Notes: generated by a model from the letters alone, not told the origin. A stretch of DNA of 64,000 bases from Candidatus Micrarchaeia archaeon (GCA_038890815.1 JAWAFC010000007.1:8370-72369), one strand, 5' to 3'. Counted from the first letter of the stretch, positions 1 to 9,530 are shown. A program made the numbers and translations.

Positions 1-875
1 TAAAAATTTTCCCTTCTTTTTTTATCACTGGACTCTTGACGGTTGAGCGCGAAAGAGCGGTCATCAACTGACATGAATTTTGCATTTATAGTAGTCTTCC
101 TTGAGTAGCCGGTTGCAGGCTCCCCGAAGGAGTCAATAAACGTTGACGCAGTTTTTTCATCTTCCTCAGACTTGTAAGTAACCTCTTCGCGCGAAGGCAG
201 AAGGACCAGCTGGAACTTAGCTTTTTTGTACTGCTTTTCTTTTGAAAGGCGGTCTTTGAGTTCTTGAGAAAAGCTTTTGATGGCGGCCTTAATTGCTTTC
301 GCAGATACAAAAAACTCTTTGCTTTTTTTACCTTTGCCTTTTTCGTAGACAATACCTTGTTGAATATAGGCATCAGAAAGTAGGGTTTTGCCAATGTAGT
401 ACTCAGAGCGCTTGAGATTTATCTTCACATCATCCTCTCGCTCGAACGATAACTCACTTTTTTCTATATCATAAGTGGCTTTGAAAGTGCTGTCCTTTTT
501 GTCTGCCTGGATAATTACTTTGCTTTTTTCCTTTTTTTCCTTTTTTTCCTTTTTTTCCTTTTTTTCCTTTTTTTCCTTTTTTTCCCAGTATACAGTAAGT
601 AGTACGTAAGGCTTACCAGACCTACTGCCGGTTTCTTTATATGGAAGGTTAAGATACTGGAACAGAGGCATTGATAAATCGCGTTGCAGTTGTTCAGATC
701 CCTTACTTGTCCTCCCACCATATTCATCTAGGGTGGTCTCATCTACCTCTGCACGAAAATCACCGCCACTTCGGAAAACAAATATTTTCTTGGTAGGAAG
801 GTTGATAGAATGGCCTTCAATTTCGGTATTCGCGGGTGCCTTTCTGTTTTTCAAATACAATTCATAAGCTAACAC
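1..875 (-). CDS. Partial CDS (runs off left edge), hypothetical, possibly Cas8b-like
   Basis: Hand translation, absent from the ORF track: open frame from GTG at 875 (MLAYELYLKNRK...) to base 1 with no stop. AT-rich. Contains FIDSFGEP...NAKFMSVDDRSFALN. The CDS is well supported; the product is speculative. Confidence 0.75.
   Translation of the reverse strand, partial: MLAYELYLKNRKAPANTEIEGHSINLPTKKIFVFRSGGDFRAEVDETTLDEYGGRTSKGSEQLQRDLSMPLFQYLNLPYKETGSRSGKPYVLLTVYWEKKEKKEKKEKKEKKEKKEKSKVIIQADKKDSTFKATYDIEKSELSFEREDDVKINLKRSEYYIGKTLLSDAYIQQGIVYEKGKGKKSKEFFVSAKAIKAAIKSFSQELKDRLSKEKQYKKAKFQLVLLPSREEVTYKSEEDEKTASTFIDSFGEPATGYSRKTTINAKFMSVDDRSFALNRQESSDKKRRENF
525..584 (-). repeat. In-frame 9-bp tandem repeat (GAAAAAAAG) x ~6.7 encoding (EKK)6EK
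   Basis: Directly visible as ctttttttc units on the + strand. Confidence 0.95.
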
Positions 876-898
876 AATATGCACACATTTTTAAACTT

Positions 899-1861
899 TT
901 ATAAGCCTTTTCCCCTTGGCAGGATAAGCAGCACGAGAACCTCGACCAACACGGCAAGCGCGAGCGCCCTCGGAGGCTCGGCGAAATCGGGAATCAAGCC
1001 GAGGCGCGCGGCCGCGTAGGGTAGGGCGAAGGCGAGCAGCGAGGCCGCCACCCCCCAGCCGGGCATGCTCCGCGCTTCCCTCAGGTAGAGCGCGAGCGCG
1101 GTTGCGAGCGCGAGACCGAGCAGCACAACTAGGAAAGAAAGCGTGAGCGCCCATATTATTGGGTTTGTTAAGGGAAAGTTGAGCGCCTCGAATGTATAGA
1201 ACAGCGCGGCGAGCACTATGAGCAGCACGAGCAGCGCGAAAGGCCTCCTCACCATATGCTCCAGCACATTCCTCACATCGCCCGCGCTCGGGCCTGCCGT
1301 GGGCGCGAGCACGATGAGGAAATAGAGGAGGGCGAGCGCGAGCGGATTTGTGAGGTCTGCCAGAGAGGATGAAATTGCGACTATGTTCGAGGCATGCGCG
1401 TTCGCGATGTCTTCGAATGTCATCCAGTTGAGCTCGAGCGCGTCGGGAAATGCATAGTGGAACGCGGCGAGGAAAAGCAGTGGGGGCAGGAAAGTGGGGG
1501 CAAGCGATGAGAGGGCGAGCGATAGCCAACCCAGCAGGCTCACCTCGGTCACGCTCTTCACATGCCCTCTCGTTGTGGTTATTTCCACCTCCTCAACTTT
1601 TGAGCCCGTAGCGGCGGCCACAATCGCATGACCGAACTCGTGTGTGGCGATGGCGACCCACCCTATCAGGTAGTTGGCGAGTGGGTTGCGTCTTATCTCA
1701 GGGTAAATGACCCGCCTATAGGCCCAGTAGGCCGCGGCTGTCTGGGCTATCCACACAACGAGTGCGGTCGCCAGCGCGAGCGCAAAAGGGAGGAAGAAGC
1801 CACCGAACCGATCTACCGAAGTAGCGATGTCGGAAGGAACGAGCTCGAAACCGTTCGGCAT
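899..1861 (-). CDS. M50-like membrane zinc metallopeptidase
   Basis: HEFGH (HExxH) within a hydrophobic segment, multiple TM helices, later PSAGD motif. Confidence 0.75.
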   Translation of the reverse strand: MPNGFELVPSDIATSVDRFGGFFLPFALALATALVVWIAQTAAAYWAYRRVIYPEIRRNPLANYLIGWVAIATHEFGHAIVAAATGSKVEEVEITTTRGHVKSVTEVSLLGWLSLALSSLAPTFLPPLLFLAAFHYAFPDALELNWMTFEDIANAHASNIVAISSSLADLTNPLALALLYFLIVLAPTAGPSAGDVRNVLEHMVRRPFALLVLLIVLAALFYTFEALNFPLTNPIIWALTLSFLVVLLGLALATALALYLREARSMPGWGVAASLLAFALPYAAARLGLIPDFAEPPRALALAVLVEVLVLLILPRGKGL

Positions 1862-1883
1862 GCCGACAGAATGCGCGCGGTGC

Positions 1884-3653
1884 TTAAAAAACTACTCTGC
1901 CGAGTATCCTGTTTATCCTCTCCAGCAGCGCGAGCTCGCTATCGGACAGGAGGTGCCTGTACCTCTCGCTGAGCAGGCGCGCGTGCTCCTTCGGCACGCT
2001 GCTGTAATAGACATCGTTTTCCTTCACGTGCCTGCCGTAGATGGGCTCATCCATGCTTATGGCAACCTGCATGCCGGCCGTGGCTTCGGCAAGGCTCTCC
2101 CTCTCCTTCTGAATTGCCTTCACCGTGCCCACCGGCGCGCCATTTTCCTTCACGAGCTCATAGCCAGGCTTGAGCCGCCCCTCCAGAACCTCAATGCCGA
2201 AAATCGCTGGATGGGAGGCATGGAAGCAGTAGCCCGGCAGCACCTTCAGCCTGCATGGCAGCACGAGCCTTTCGAACGCTTCGGCCTTCTCCCTCTCTTT
2301 CTCGGCATCCATCCACTTCTTGTAGTTTTCGAGCAGCTCGTAGATGATGCCGGAGGAGAAGATGGGCACGCCCGTCCTCTCAGCCTCCTCAACCGCATCG
2401 TCCGCGCTCTTCACATTGAATGCCAGAATGACGCCATAGTATTTTTCCTGCTCGCGCACTGAAGCCATCTCGACCACGTCCTTTTTTGTCACATGGCCGA
2501 TGCGCGCGGCGCGCACCGGAATGCCCTGAGAGGAGAGCAGCCTGGTGATGGCCTCAATGCTGCCCAGCGTGTCGGCCTTAAGCAGGACCCCCATCCCGCC
2601 TGCGCTGATCAGCACCTCCTCTATTTCTCGATGAATCTGGCGCCTGAGCTCGGCCTCGTTAGCCTCTGTGGCGACAAAGATGGGAGAGCCAGCGAGCGCG
2701 CTCTCCAGCCCGGGCGCGAAAATCTTCACCCCGGCCGCGGCATACACCTCATCGACATAGGAGAACTTCTCTCTCGGATCTCTCAGCTCATCGAGTGGCT
2801 TTGGCCTGAGCAGCGCGCGCACCTTTGTCGAGCTCGCTCCCTCGGCCGTGCCGAAGACTATGAGGTCGTTTTTCCTTATCCTCCCGTCATACAGAATCAC
2901 ATCAATCGTCGTGCCCAGCCCCCTCTCCTCCTTGACTTCGAGAATGCTGCCCTTTCCCGGCCCCTTCGCCTCAATTTTCAACGAGGCCTCGAGGAACTTC
3001 TGCGACAGCCCTGCTATGAACAGGAGTAGTTCGGCAATGCCCTCGCCGGTCAGCGCGCTGACTGGTATGAGCGCCACTTGTTTGGTGAAGTCGGTCACGC
3101 GGTCGAACCTCTCGCTCTCAAAGCCCAATGCGTGCAGTTTCCCCACGAACTCGTATATCCTCTCATCGAGCGTGGAGTGCACATCAGGCCTCTGGAAAGA
3201 GAGCGCCTCGAGGAAGCTCGCCCTTTTCGAGTCTATCCAGCCGCTCAAAAGGTCTATCTTGTTCACAGCCACGAGGAAAGGCGTCCTGTATTCCCGGAGA
3301 ATATCGATAGCCTCGAGCGTCTGGGGCTCGAAGCCCTGCGAGATGTCGATGACCAGCACGGCGATGTCGGCAATGCTCCCCCCACGCCTGCGGAGATTGG
3401 TGAAGGCCTCGTGGCCCGGGGTATCTATAAATAGTATGCCGGGAATGGTTATCCTGAGCTTCATCTTCTGAATGAGGCTGCCGCAAGTCCTCTCGATCAC
3501 CTCGCGGGGCACCTCGCTCGCCCCGATGTGCTGCGTGATCGCGCCCTTCTCCCTCTTCGCCACGCTGGTCCTGCGTATGCAGTCCAGCAGGCTGGTCTTT
3601 CCGTGGTCCACGTGGCCCATGACCACCACAATGGGCTGGCGGACTGCCTGCAT
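1884..3653 (-). CDS. infB: Translation initiation factor IF-2/aIF5B
   Basis: RQPIVVVMGHVDHGKTSLLD, GAITQHIGA, DTPGHEAF, NKID. Start set at MQAVRQP. Confidence 0.98.
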   Translation of the reverse strand: MQAVRQPIVVVMGHVDHGKTSLLDCIRRTSVAKREKGAITQHIGASEVPREVIERTCGSLIQKMKLRITIPGILFIDTPGHEAFTNLRRRGGSIADIAVLVIDISQGFEPQTLEAIDILREYRTPFLVAVNKIDLLSGWIDSKRASFLEALSFQRPDVHSTLDERIYEFVGKLHALGFESERFDRVTDFTKQVALIPVSALTGEGIAELLLFIAGLSQKFLEASLKIEAKGPGKGSILEVKEERGLGTTIDVILYDGRIRKNDLIVFGTAEGASSTKVRALLRPKPLDELRDPREKFSYVDEVYAAAGVKIFAPGLESALAGSPIFVATEANEAELRRQIHREIEEVLISAGGMGVLLKADTLGSIEAITRLLSSQGIPVRAARIGHVTKKDVVEMASVREQEKYYGVILAFNVKSADDAVEEAERTGVPIFSSGIIYELLENYKKWMDAEKEREKAEAFERLVLPCRLKVLPGYCFHASHPAIFGIEVLEGRLKPGYELVKENGAPVGTVKAIQKERESLAEATAGMQVAISMDEPIYGRHVKENDVYYSSVPKEHARLLSERYRHLLSDSELALLERINRILGRVVF

Positions 3654-3657
3654 ACCC

Positions 3658-4155
3658 TCACTCCAGATTTTCGTTATTGAACCTGCCCGCATAAACCTCA
3701 CGCGCGCGCTCGGTCAGCCTGAAGAATACAAGCTGCACCAGCCTCGCGCCTCTCTTGAGCTTCACGCCGTGCGGGTTTTCGACAACGAGCAGGCTCTCGC
3801 TCCTTCCCGTATAGCCAGGATCCCACACTGCGCAGTGCACATCGCATCCGCAGCGCAGCAGGGAGGAGCGCGGGAAGGCGAGGCCGGCGCAATCGGGCGG
3901 TATGGAGATTATCTCATTGTAAATTATTTTGTACGCGCCGGGCCCCAGCCGGAGCCACTCGCCCTCGAAAGGAATGGGCCTTGTTTCGCTGAGCTTCCTC
4001 TGTGAGTTATCGTGGTCTATGGCGCCCGCGCTGGTCAGCTCGAAAGCCTCCTTGAGGGTCAGGTCAACCCCGCATGGCTGGAACTGGCTTTCGCTCAAGA
4101 ACCCCGTTACGAGTTTTCTCTTTTCAATCTCGTGTTTCGGAAGTATCAAGCCCAC
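3658..4155 (-). CDS. dcd: dCTP deaminase / trimeric dUTPase family
   Basis: QPCGVDLTL, PRSSLLRCG, AVWDPGYTG, RLVQLVFF motifs. Confidence 0.85.
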   Translation of the reverse strand: MGLILPKHEIEKRKLVTGFLSESQFQPCGVDLTLKEAFELTSAGAIDHDNSQRKLSETRPIPFEGEWLRLGPGAYKIIYNEIISIPPDCAGLAFPRSSLLRCGCDVHCAVWDPGYTGRSESLLVVENPHGVKLKRGARLVQLVFFRLTERAREVYAGRFNNENLE

Positions 4156-4201
4156 ACCATCCGAAAAGCCGCCTTATAGAATAAGCGCATAGAAATAAAT
4201 G

Positions 4202-5932
4202 TTATATCCTGGCCGCAATTCCCCCTATCAGCACGGCAAGCACGATGGTGGAGAGCGCGATCGCCAGCGCCCCTTTCAAGCCGAATTCCCTTCTCAGTAT
4301 GGCTATGGTCGCGATGCAGGGGATATAGATTGTGGTTACGAGCGAGAAGACGAAGAGCTGCGCCGGCGTCATGAAAAGGGACAGATCGGTGCTCCCGCCC
4401 ACCACAGCAAGCAGCTCGAGCGCGAGCTCCTTCCTGAGCACCCCGAAGAGCAGCGTGATGCCCGCCGCGGGCGGCAGGCCGAGCCAGCCCGAAATTATCG
4501 GCTCAAATGGCCTGAGTGCGGGCTCAAGCAGGCCGAGCGCTCTGAGGCCTCCGAGAACGCCCGACCCCAGCACCACGAGCGGGAGAGCATCCAGCAAGAA
4601 GTGCTTTAGGCGCAGCCAAGTTTTGGCGAATACGTTTTTTGCAGATGGAATGCGGTAGGGCGGAAGCTCCATGATGAGGCCCGTGGGGCGCCCGGGCAGG
4701 GCCCTTCCCAGTATGAAACCGACTGCGAGGATAAGCAGCAAAACCACAGCGTATATCGCGAGCGCCCACTGCCACCCCAGAAATGTGCCGGCAGCGCCCA
4801 GTATCACGGCGGTCCTCGCTGAGCATGGAATGAGCACTATCAGCACTGCCGTGATTATTCGCTCGCGCGCGCTCGGGAGTATCCTCGTGGAAATCACTGC
4901 CGGCACGCTGCACCCAAAACCCAGCATCATGGGAATGATAGCCTTCCCATGCAGGCCCAATAGATGGAAAACCCTATCAAGCAGAAGCGCCATGCGTGGC
5001 AAATAGCCGCTGTCCTCGAGAAATGCGATGACAAAATAGAAAACGAGCACGTAGGGCACGGCGATCTGCAGGCCCGCGTTTACGCCATCCACGAGTGCCC
5101 ACCGCAGCGCCTCGCGCGCGGCCTCGTGCGGAACTGGAGCTATCAGCGCGGTCAGCACGGGCTCGGCATACCGCTCAAAGGCATCCCCAATAATCCTGCT
5201 CAGGCCTCCCCCCACCAGAAAAAGCGCGCCGAACAGCGCGCCGAGCACGAGGAGGAGGGTGAGCGAGCCGCTGATGGGATTGGTGGTGAGCTCGTCAAAA
5301 ACCTCCCCCCATTTTCTTCCTCTCTTTGCCGGAATTCTCGTTACCACACTCCGCGCTATCCTCCTGGCCTCGGCATGCAGTGCGCTGGCATTCGGCCTCC
5401 CCCGCGCCTTCCTCCTCCTGCATTTGAGCGCGGCGCGCACGAGCTCCTCAACGCCCCTCCCATGCAGGGCATTTATCTTCACCACAGGGCAGCCGAGCTG
5501 TGCGGCGAGCGCGCCCTCATCTATGCGCGCCCCTTTGGCTTCTGCCTCCTCCCAGAAGTTGAGCGCCACCACAAGGGGCAGGCCGAGCGAGCGCAGCGAG
5601 AGGGAGAGGAATAGGTTCCTTTCGAGCAGCGTGGCATCAACGATGTTTATGACAGCCTGCGGGCGCGTTTTCTGCAGGTAGGCGAGCGCTGCCCGCTCCT
5701 CATCCGAACCTCCGGTCAGCGAGTAGAGGCCGGGCAGGTCGGCCACGCGCACCTTCCTCTTCCCAATAAATGTATCCCCCTCGAGAATCTCCACCGTTGT
5801 GCCCGGATAGTTCGAGACGATAGCGCCCAGCCCGCACAGATGGTTGAACAGCAGACTTTTGCCTACATTGGGATTACCGACCAGCACGATGTCGGCGCCT
5901 CTGAGCTCTCCGCATCCGGCGCACTCCCTCAT
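4202..5932 (-). CDS. feoB: Ferrous iron transporter FeoB
   Basis: GNPNVGKS, NYPGTTVE, DLPGLYSL, LEDSGYLPR, GFGCSVPA, MELPPYRIP. Confidence 0.97.
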   Translation of the reverse strand: MRECAGCGELRGADIVLVGNPNVGKSLLFNHLCGLGAIVSNYPGTTVEILEGDTFIGKRKVRVADLPGLYSLTGGSDEERAALAYLQKTRPQAVINIVDATLLERNLFLSLSLRSLGLPLVVALNFWEEAEAKGARIDEGALAAQLGCPVVKINALHGRGVEELVRAALKCRRRKARGRPNASALHAEARRIARSVVTRIPAKRGRKWGEVFDELTTNPISGSLTLLLVLGALFGALFLVGGGLSRIIGDAFERYAEPVLTALIAPVPHEAAREALRWALVDGVNAGLQIAVPYVLVFYFVIAFLEDSGYLPRMALLLDRVFHLLGLHGKAIIPMMLGFGCSVPAVISTRILPSARERIITAVLIVLIPCSARTAVILGAAGTFLGWQWALAIYAVVLLLILAVGFILGRALPGRPTGLIMELPPYRIPSAKNVFAKTWLRLKHFLLDALPLVVLGSGVLGGLRALGLLEPALRPFEPIISGWLGLPPAAGITLLFGVLRKELALELLAVVGGSTDLSLFMTPAQLFVFSLVTTIYIPCIATIAILRREFGLKGALAIALSTIVLAVLIGGIAARI

Positions 5933-6566
5933 CCACAGCCTCCACAAAAATTTTCGCGCACACGTCCCTGCCGAGCGCGATGGGCGCGCCCTTCAGGCGA
6001 ATGATCAGCGGGCCCCCGCGTACCGCGCGCTCCACCCCCACCATCTCCCCAGGAAGCAGCCCCAGCGCGACGAGCCTGGCCGCATCCTCCTTCCGCTCCA
6101 GGCTTGAGAACACCATCCTATAGCTCCCGCCCGGACGCGCCCTGTCGAGCGTGAGCACGGTTGCCGATTGTGCGGGGATGATGTCGCCGTCAGGGCACCG
6201 CCTCGGGTTCCCCAGCAGGCGCGCCAGCCTCTCGCTGGCCTCCTCCGACAGCGCATGCTCGAGCGCGTGCGCCTCCCTGTGAAACTCTTTTTTCAAACCC
6301 AGTAGCCGCTCGAAAAACACCTCTAGAAGGCGGTGCTTGCGGACCATGCCGCCCGCCTTCTCAATGCCTTTGCCGGTCAGCGATACCGCGCCATACTTTT
6401 TTCTCTCAACCAGCCCCTCGCGCGCCAGCCTCCCCAGCATTTCTGATGCGCTGGCGACGCTCACGCCCAGCGCGGCCGCGACCTCGCTGACCCTCGCGCC
6501 CCTGTTCTGCCTCGACTGAATCTCGTAGATGGCTTTGAGGTAATCCTCCTCGCTCCTGCCCCGCAC
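5874..6566 (-). CDS. DtxR/MntR-family metal-dependent repressor with C-terminal FeoA domain
   Basis: SEEDYLKAIY, RKHRLLEVF, EAHALEHALS, CPDGDIIP; C-terminal FeoA-like RLVALGLLPG...GPLIIRLKG. Confidence 0.93.
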   Translation of the reverse strand: MRGRSEEDYLKAIYEIQSRQNRGARVSEVAAALGVSVASASEMLGRLAREGLVERKKYGAVSLTGKGIEKAGGMVRKHRLLEVFFERLLGLKKEFHREAHALEHALSEEASERLARLLGNPRRCPDGDIIPAQSATVLTLDRARPGGSYRMVFSSLERKEDAARLVALGLLPGEMVGVERAVRGGPLIIRLKGAPIALGRDVCAKIFVEAVDEGVRRMRRAQRRRHRAGR

Positions 6567-6572
6567 AAATAT

Positions 6573-6591
6573 TTAGGTTTGCCTAACTTTT
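6573..6591. promoter_or_regulatory. DtxR/IdeR-type operator between the TATA box and start codon of dtxR-feoB
   Basis: TTAGGtttgCCTAA palindrome (6573-6586), close to the DtxR consensus TTAGGTTAGCCTAA. TTTAAAAG on the minus strand at ~6587-6594. Confidence 0.8.
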
Positions 6592-6597
6592 AAAGTC

Positions 6598-7617
6598 TTA
6601 CCCACACGAGCTTGAGGGCGGCTGGGAAACAGAGGCAGGCAGGGTGGCATTGCAGCCCGCGGGCGGATTGTTGAAGGCTTGGCAGATTGCCTGCAGGAAT
6701 GCCTGCGGAGTGCGGCTGCCCTGATACTCCGCTCCATTAATGATGAGGGTAGGTGAGCCCTGCACACCATACCGCGCATTCAAATCCGCCTCAGCGCGCA
6801 GGATGGCCTCAGCCTCACTTGCCTGACAGTTCTCAATGGCAGCTTGATCTATGCCCGTGGCATTGGCTGCCTCGCGCCAGCAATGCGCGATGGTGTGCAG
6901 TGTGCAGTTGTTGTCCACGTACATCAGGTAGTCCCAGAACTTGGCGCGGGCGTATTTCCAGATGCACAGCTGCCTGACATCCTCGAGCAGCTCATCCAGC
7001 CCATGCATGGAGCACAGCGAGCCCTCTGCAATGCAGTACTCGGCGGGATTGCACCGGCCGCCCGCGCAGAAGTTTTCATAGATGACAAAGTGCGGCTCTA
7101 TCTCAGTGGCATTCCCGAGGGCCCGCACAACGGGCGCCATGGCCTTCTCGGCCATTATACCATAGGGGCAGAAGCTCATCACAAAAAGCATCACCGATGG
7201 CCTGTCCGACTTGGGGATGCTCGGGGGCTGAGCGGGCTGCTCTGGCTCGAGCGAGGGCTTTTGGCTCAGGTTGATGGCCTGGGGAAACAGCAGGGAGCCA
7301 TCCGGAGAGAGATAGGCCTGAGCAAGCTGGAGCAGCTGGCCAGCTCGCTCGATGCGGAAAGTTATCTTGTATAGACCTGCCTCCTCGCTCGCGTTTACGA
7401 GCGTTGCGCTCACCCCCTGCGGGGCGAGGAAATTCTGGTTGAGCAGCATCAGCGCTTTCGCGCTCGCGCTTTGGATGGGGAAGGATTCCTTTACTGGTTT
7501 CGGCGCGAGGTAGCCCGCTGCGAGCCAGCCTGCCGCCAGCCCCACAACGAGCGTGGCGAGGATGAGGATGTTCGTGTCCAGCGGCTTTTGCTGTGGGGCA
7601 TGCGCTTCGTGGGGCAT
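6598..7617 (-). CDS. Membrane-anchored thioredoxin-fold (DsbA/GILT-like) protein
   Basis: N-terminal TM, FVMSFCPYG, SMHG..E..ED, GVQGSPTLIING cis-Pro loop. Confidence 0.8.
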   Translation of the reverse strand: MPHEAHAPQQKPLDTNILILATLVVGLAAGWLAAGYLAPKPVKESFPIQSASAKALMLLNQNFLAPQGVSATLVNASEEAGLYKITFRIERAGQLLQLAQAYLSPDGSLLFPQAINLSQKPSLEPEQPAQPPSIPKSDRPSVMLFVMSFCPYGIMAEKAMAPVVRALGNATEIEPHFVIYENFCAGGRCNPAEYCIAEGSLCSMHGLDELLEDVRQLCIWKYARAKFWDYLMYVDNNCTLHTIAHCWREAANATGIDQAAIENCQASEAEAILRAEADLNARYGVQGSPTLIINGAEYQGSRTPQAFLQAICQAFNNPPAGCNATLPASVSQPPSSSCG

Positions 7618-8124
7618 CTAAGGCTCCTCCCTGTGCTTCTTGCGCGGAGGTACGAGCTCCCTGCGTTCGACGAGCTCATCCTCTGCGTACTGCACAAATG
7701 GCAGCTCGTAATCGAACAGCTCATCGGGCCTGAAGAAGCGCGCTATCTCGGCTTCGGCCATCTCAGGGGTGTCGCTGGCATGGATGATGTTTACCTGCGT
7801 GCTCAGCGAGTAGTCCCCTCTTATCGTGCCGGGCTCGGCCTCGCGCGCGTTCGTGGAACCGCACATCTTCCTGACAACCTCGATGGCCTGCTTTCCCTCC
7901 AGCACAAGGCAAACCACGGGCGTGGAGGTCATGAAGCGGATGAGGCTGGGGAAAAAGCTTTTGCCCGCATGATGCGCGTAGTGCGTCTTGCAAAGCTTCT
8001 CATCCATGCGTACCATTTTCATACCCACAATGCGCAGGCCCCGCCTCTCAAACCTGGCCACCACCTCGCCTATCAGTCCCCTTGTCACCGCATCCGGTTT
8101 TAGCATCACGAAAGTTCTCTGCAT
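7618..8124 (-). CDS. ndk: Nucleoside diphosphate kinase
   Basis: RTFVMLKPDAV, PGTIRGDY, NIIHASD. Confidence 0.98.
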   Translation of the reverse strand: MQRTFVMLKPDAVTRGLIGEVVARFERRGLRIVGMKMVRMDEKLCKTHYAHHAGKSFFPSLIRFMTSTPVVCLVLEGKQAIEVVRKMCGSTNAREAEPGTIRGDYSLSTQVNIIHASDTPEMAEAEIARFFRPDELFDYELPFVQYAEDELVERRELVPPRKKHREEP

Positions 8125-8128
8125 GCCA

Positions 8129-8332
8129 TCACCCAGCCTTCGCCTTCCCCTCCTCGGGCTTTTTTTGGGCCCTTGCCCATTTGAGTTTCCTGGGATTTCT
8201 GCCAAGCCGGAGAAGGTTCTTCCTGCATTTGCTTGAGCAGAAGGTCAGCACCGAGCCATCGCGCCGCACGAACATATAGCCTGTTCCTCTCCTCACCTCG
8301 TTGCCGCAGAATGAGCAGTTCACCGCGCGCAC
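8129..8332 (-). CDS. rpl24e: 50S ribosomal protein L24e
   Basis: CSFCG...[11 protein letters not shown]...FCSSKC...RNPRKLKW. Confidence 0.97.
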   Translation of the reverse strand: MRAVNCSFCGNEVRRGTGYMFVRRDGSVLTFCSSKCRKNLLRLGRNPRKLKWARAQKKPEEGKAKAG

Positions 8333-8333
8333 C

Positions 8334-8540
8334 TCACCTTGCCTTTATCACCTTCGCCTCGCGCTCGGTCTCCAGTAGTATTATTTTGTCACCGCGCCGC
8401 ACAGGCCCCTTGACATTTCGGCGAATGACCCTTCCCTTATCCTTCCCCTCAAGTATTTTGCACATCACTTGGTATACCTCACCGTAGATGCCCGTCTTTC
8501 CGAGCACTTCAACGACTTCAGCAGTTGCTGGCTCCGCCAT
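8334..8540 (-). CDS. rps28e: 30S ribosomal protein S28e
   Basis: [12 protein letters not shown]...[15 protein letters not shown]...LETEREA. Confidence 0.97.
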   Translation of the reverse strand: MAEPATAEVVEVLGKTGIYGEVYQVMCKILEGKDKGRVIRRNVKGPVRRGDKIILLETEREAKVIKAR

Positions 8541-8545
8541 GTCAC

Positions 8546-9055
8546 TCACTGGGCCTTTGCCTCAGCCGTCTCTTTTTTCTCCTCCTTGGCCTTCTCGGCC
8601 TTCTTTCTCGGCTTCTTCTCTTTCTTCGGTTTCTCCTCTGGCTTGGCCTCTGCCGGCGCTGGCTCCGCCTCCTCTGCGGGCTTTTCCCTGAGCTTGCCGC
8701 TCGGAACTTTTGACACGATCTCGCTCACGAGCTCGCTCGCATTGCCAGCCTTTTCTATCGCAACCGCGGCACACGGCACTTCAAGGCCGGCCGCCTTTCC
8801 CAGCTCCCTCTTCCCGGGCACATACACGTACGGCACGCGCTTTTCCTCGCAGATGACCGGGAGGTGCATGACAACCTCCTCGGGCTCAACATCCTCAGCT
8901 ATGACTACGAGGTTGGCCTCGCCCCTTTCGATGGACTTTGTGGTCTCGTTCGTGCCCCTCCGTACCCTACCCGTATCCTTGGCTATCTCGACAGCCTGAT
9001 AGGTTTTGTCCGCAATCTCCTTGGGCGTGGAAAACCTCACATAACTCTTCGCCAT
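8546..9055 (-). CDS. rpl7ae: 50S ribosomal protein L7Ae with K/E-rich C-terminal tail
   Basis: [36 protein letters not shown]. Confidence 0.98.
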   Translation of the reverse strand: MAKSYVRFSTPKEIADKTYQAVEIAKDTGRVRRGTNETTKSIERGEANLVVIAEDVEPEEVVMHLPVICEEKRVPYVYVPGKRELGKAAGLEVPCAAVAIEKAGNASELVSEIVSKVPSGKLREKPAEEAEPAPAEAKPEEKPKKEKKPRKKAEKAKEEKKETAEAKAQ

Positions 9056-9185
9056 TCATCTCACCTCGGTCATCGAACAGCGTGGTTGAAAAACCAGCGC
9101 GACGCAGTTGTTGGGGAATCAAAAATTTATATAGTTTGCGCCGTGCGGCCTAAATGTTTAATAATTTGAGGAGAAAAAATGCGGT

Positions 9186-9530
9186 ATGGAAGCGGAAGCG
9201 GCGGCCGAGAAGGCGCTTGAGCGAAGCATCGCCGAGCTGCGTGCCGCAGAAGAGAAGGCCAAACTGATTCTGGAAAATGCACAGCGCGAGAGGGAAGCTA
9301 TCCTGCTGGATGCCAGAAAAAAAGCCGAGTACATAATCGATGAGGGCGAGAGGAAGGCGCGCGAGCTCAAGGACAGGATTTACAGGGAGGGCCATGCCGA
9401 CATCGAGAAAGAAGTCGAGCTCATCCTCGCCCAGGCCAGGAAGGATGCTGAGAAAATAAAAGAGAAGGCGAGGGGCAGGGTGAAAGCGGCCGCAGAGGCT
9501 GCGGTGGCCAAATTCTTCAAGGGTGAGTGA
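9186..9530 (+). CDS. atpH: A-type ATP synthase subunit H (G)
   Basis: A/E/K-rich coiled coil, first gene of the operon. Confidence 0.85.
   Translation: MEAEAAAEKALERSIAELRAAEEKAKLILENAQREREAILLDARKKAEYIIDEGERKARELKDRIYREGHADIEKEVELILAQARKDAEKIKEKARGRVKAAAEAAVAKFFKGE

Noticed and set aside
525-584. Repeat as a CRISPR array
   Set aside because: Contiguous 9-bp units with no spacers. I saw no repeat-spacer array anywhere in the window.
515-727. ORF-track 70-aa protein ending in poly-KKR, and ORF 86-394
   Set aside because: Both are alternative frames of the longer 875-to-edge CDS, in which the repeat reads EKK.
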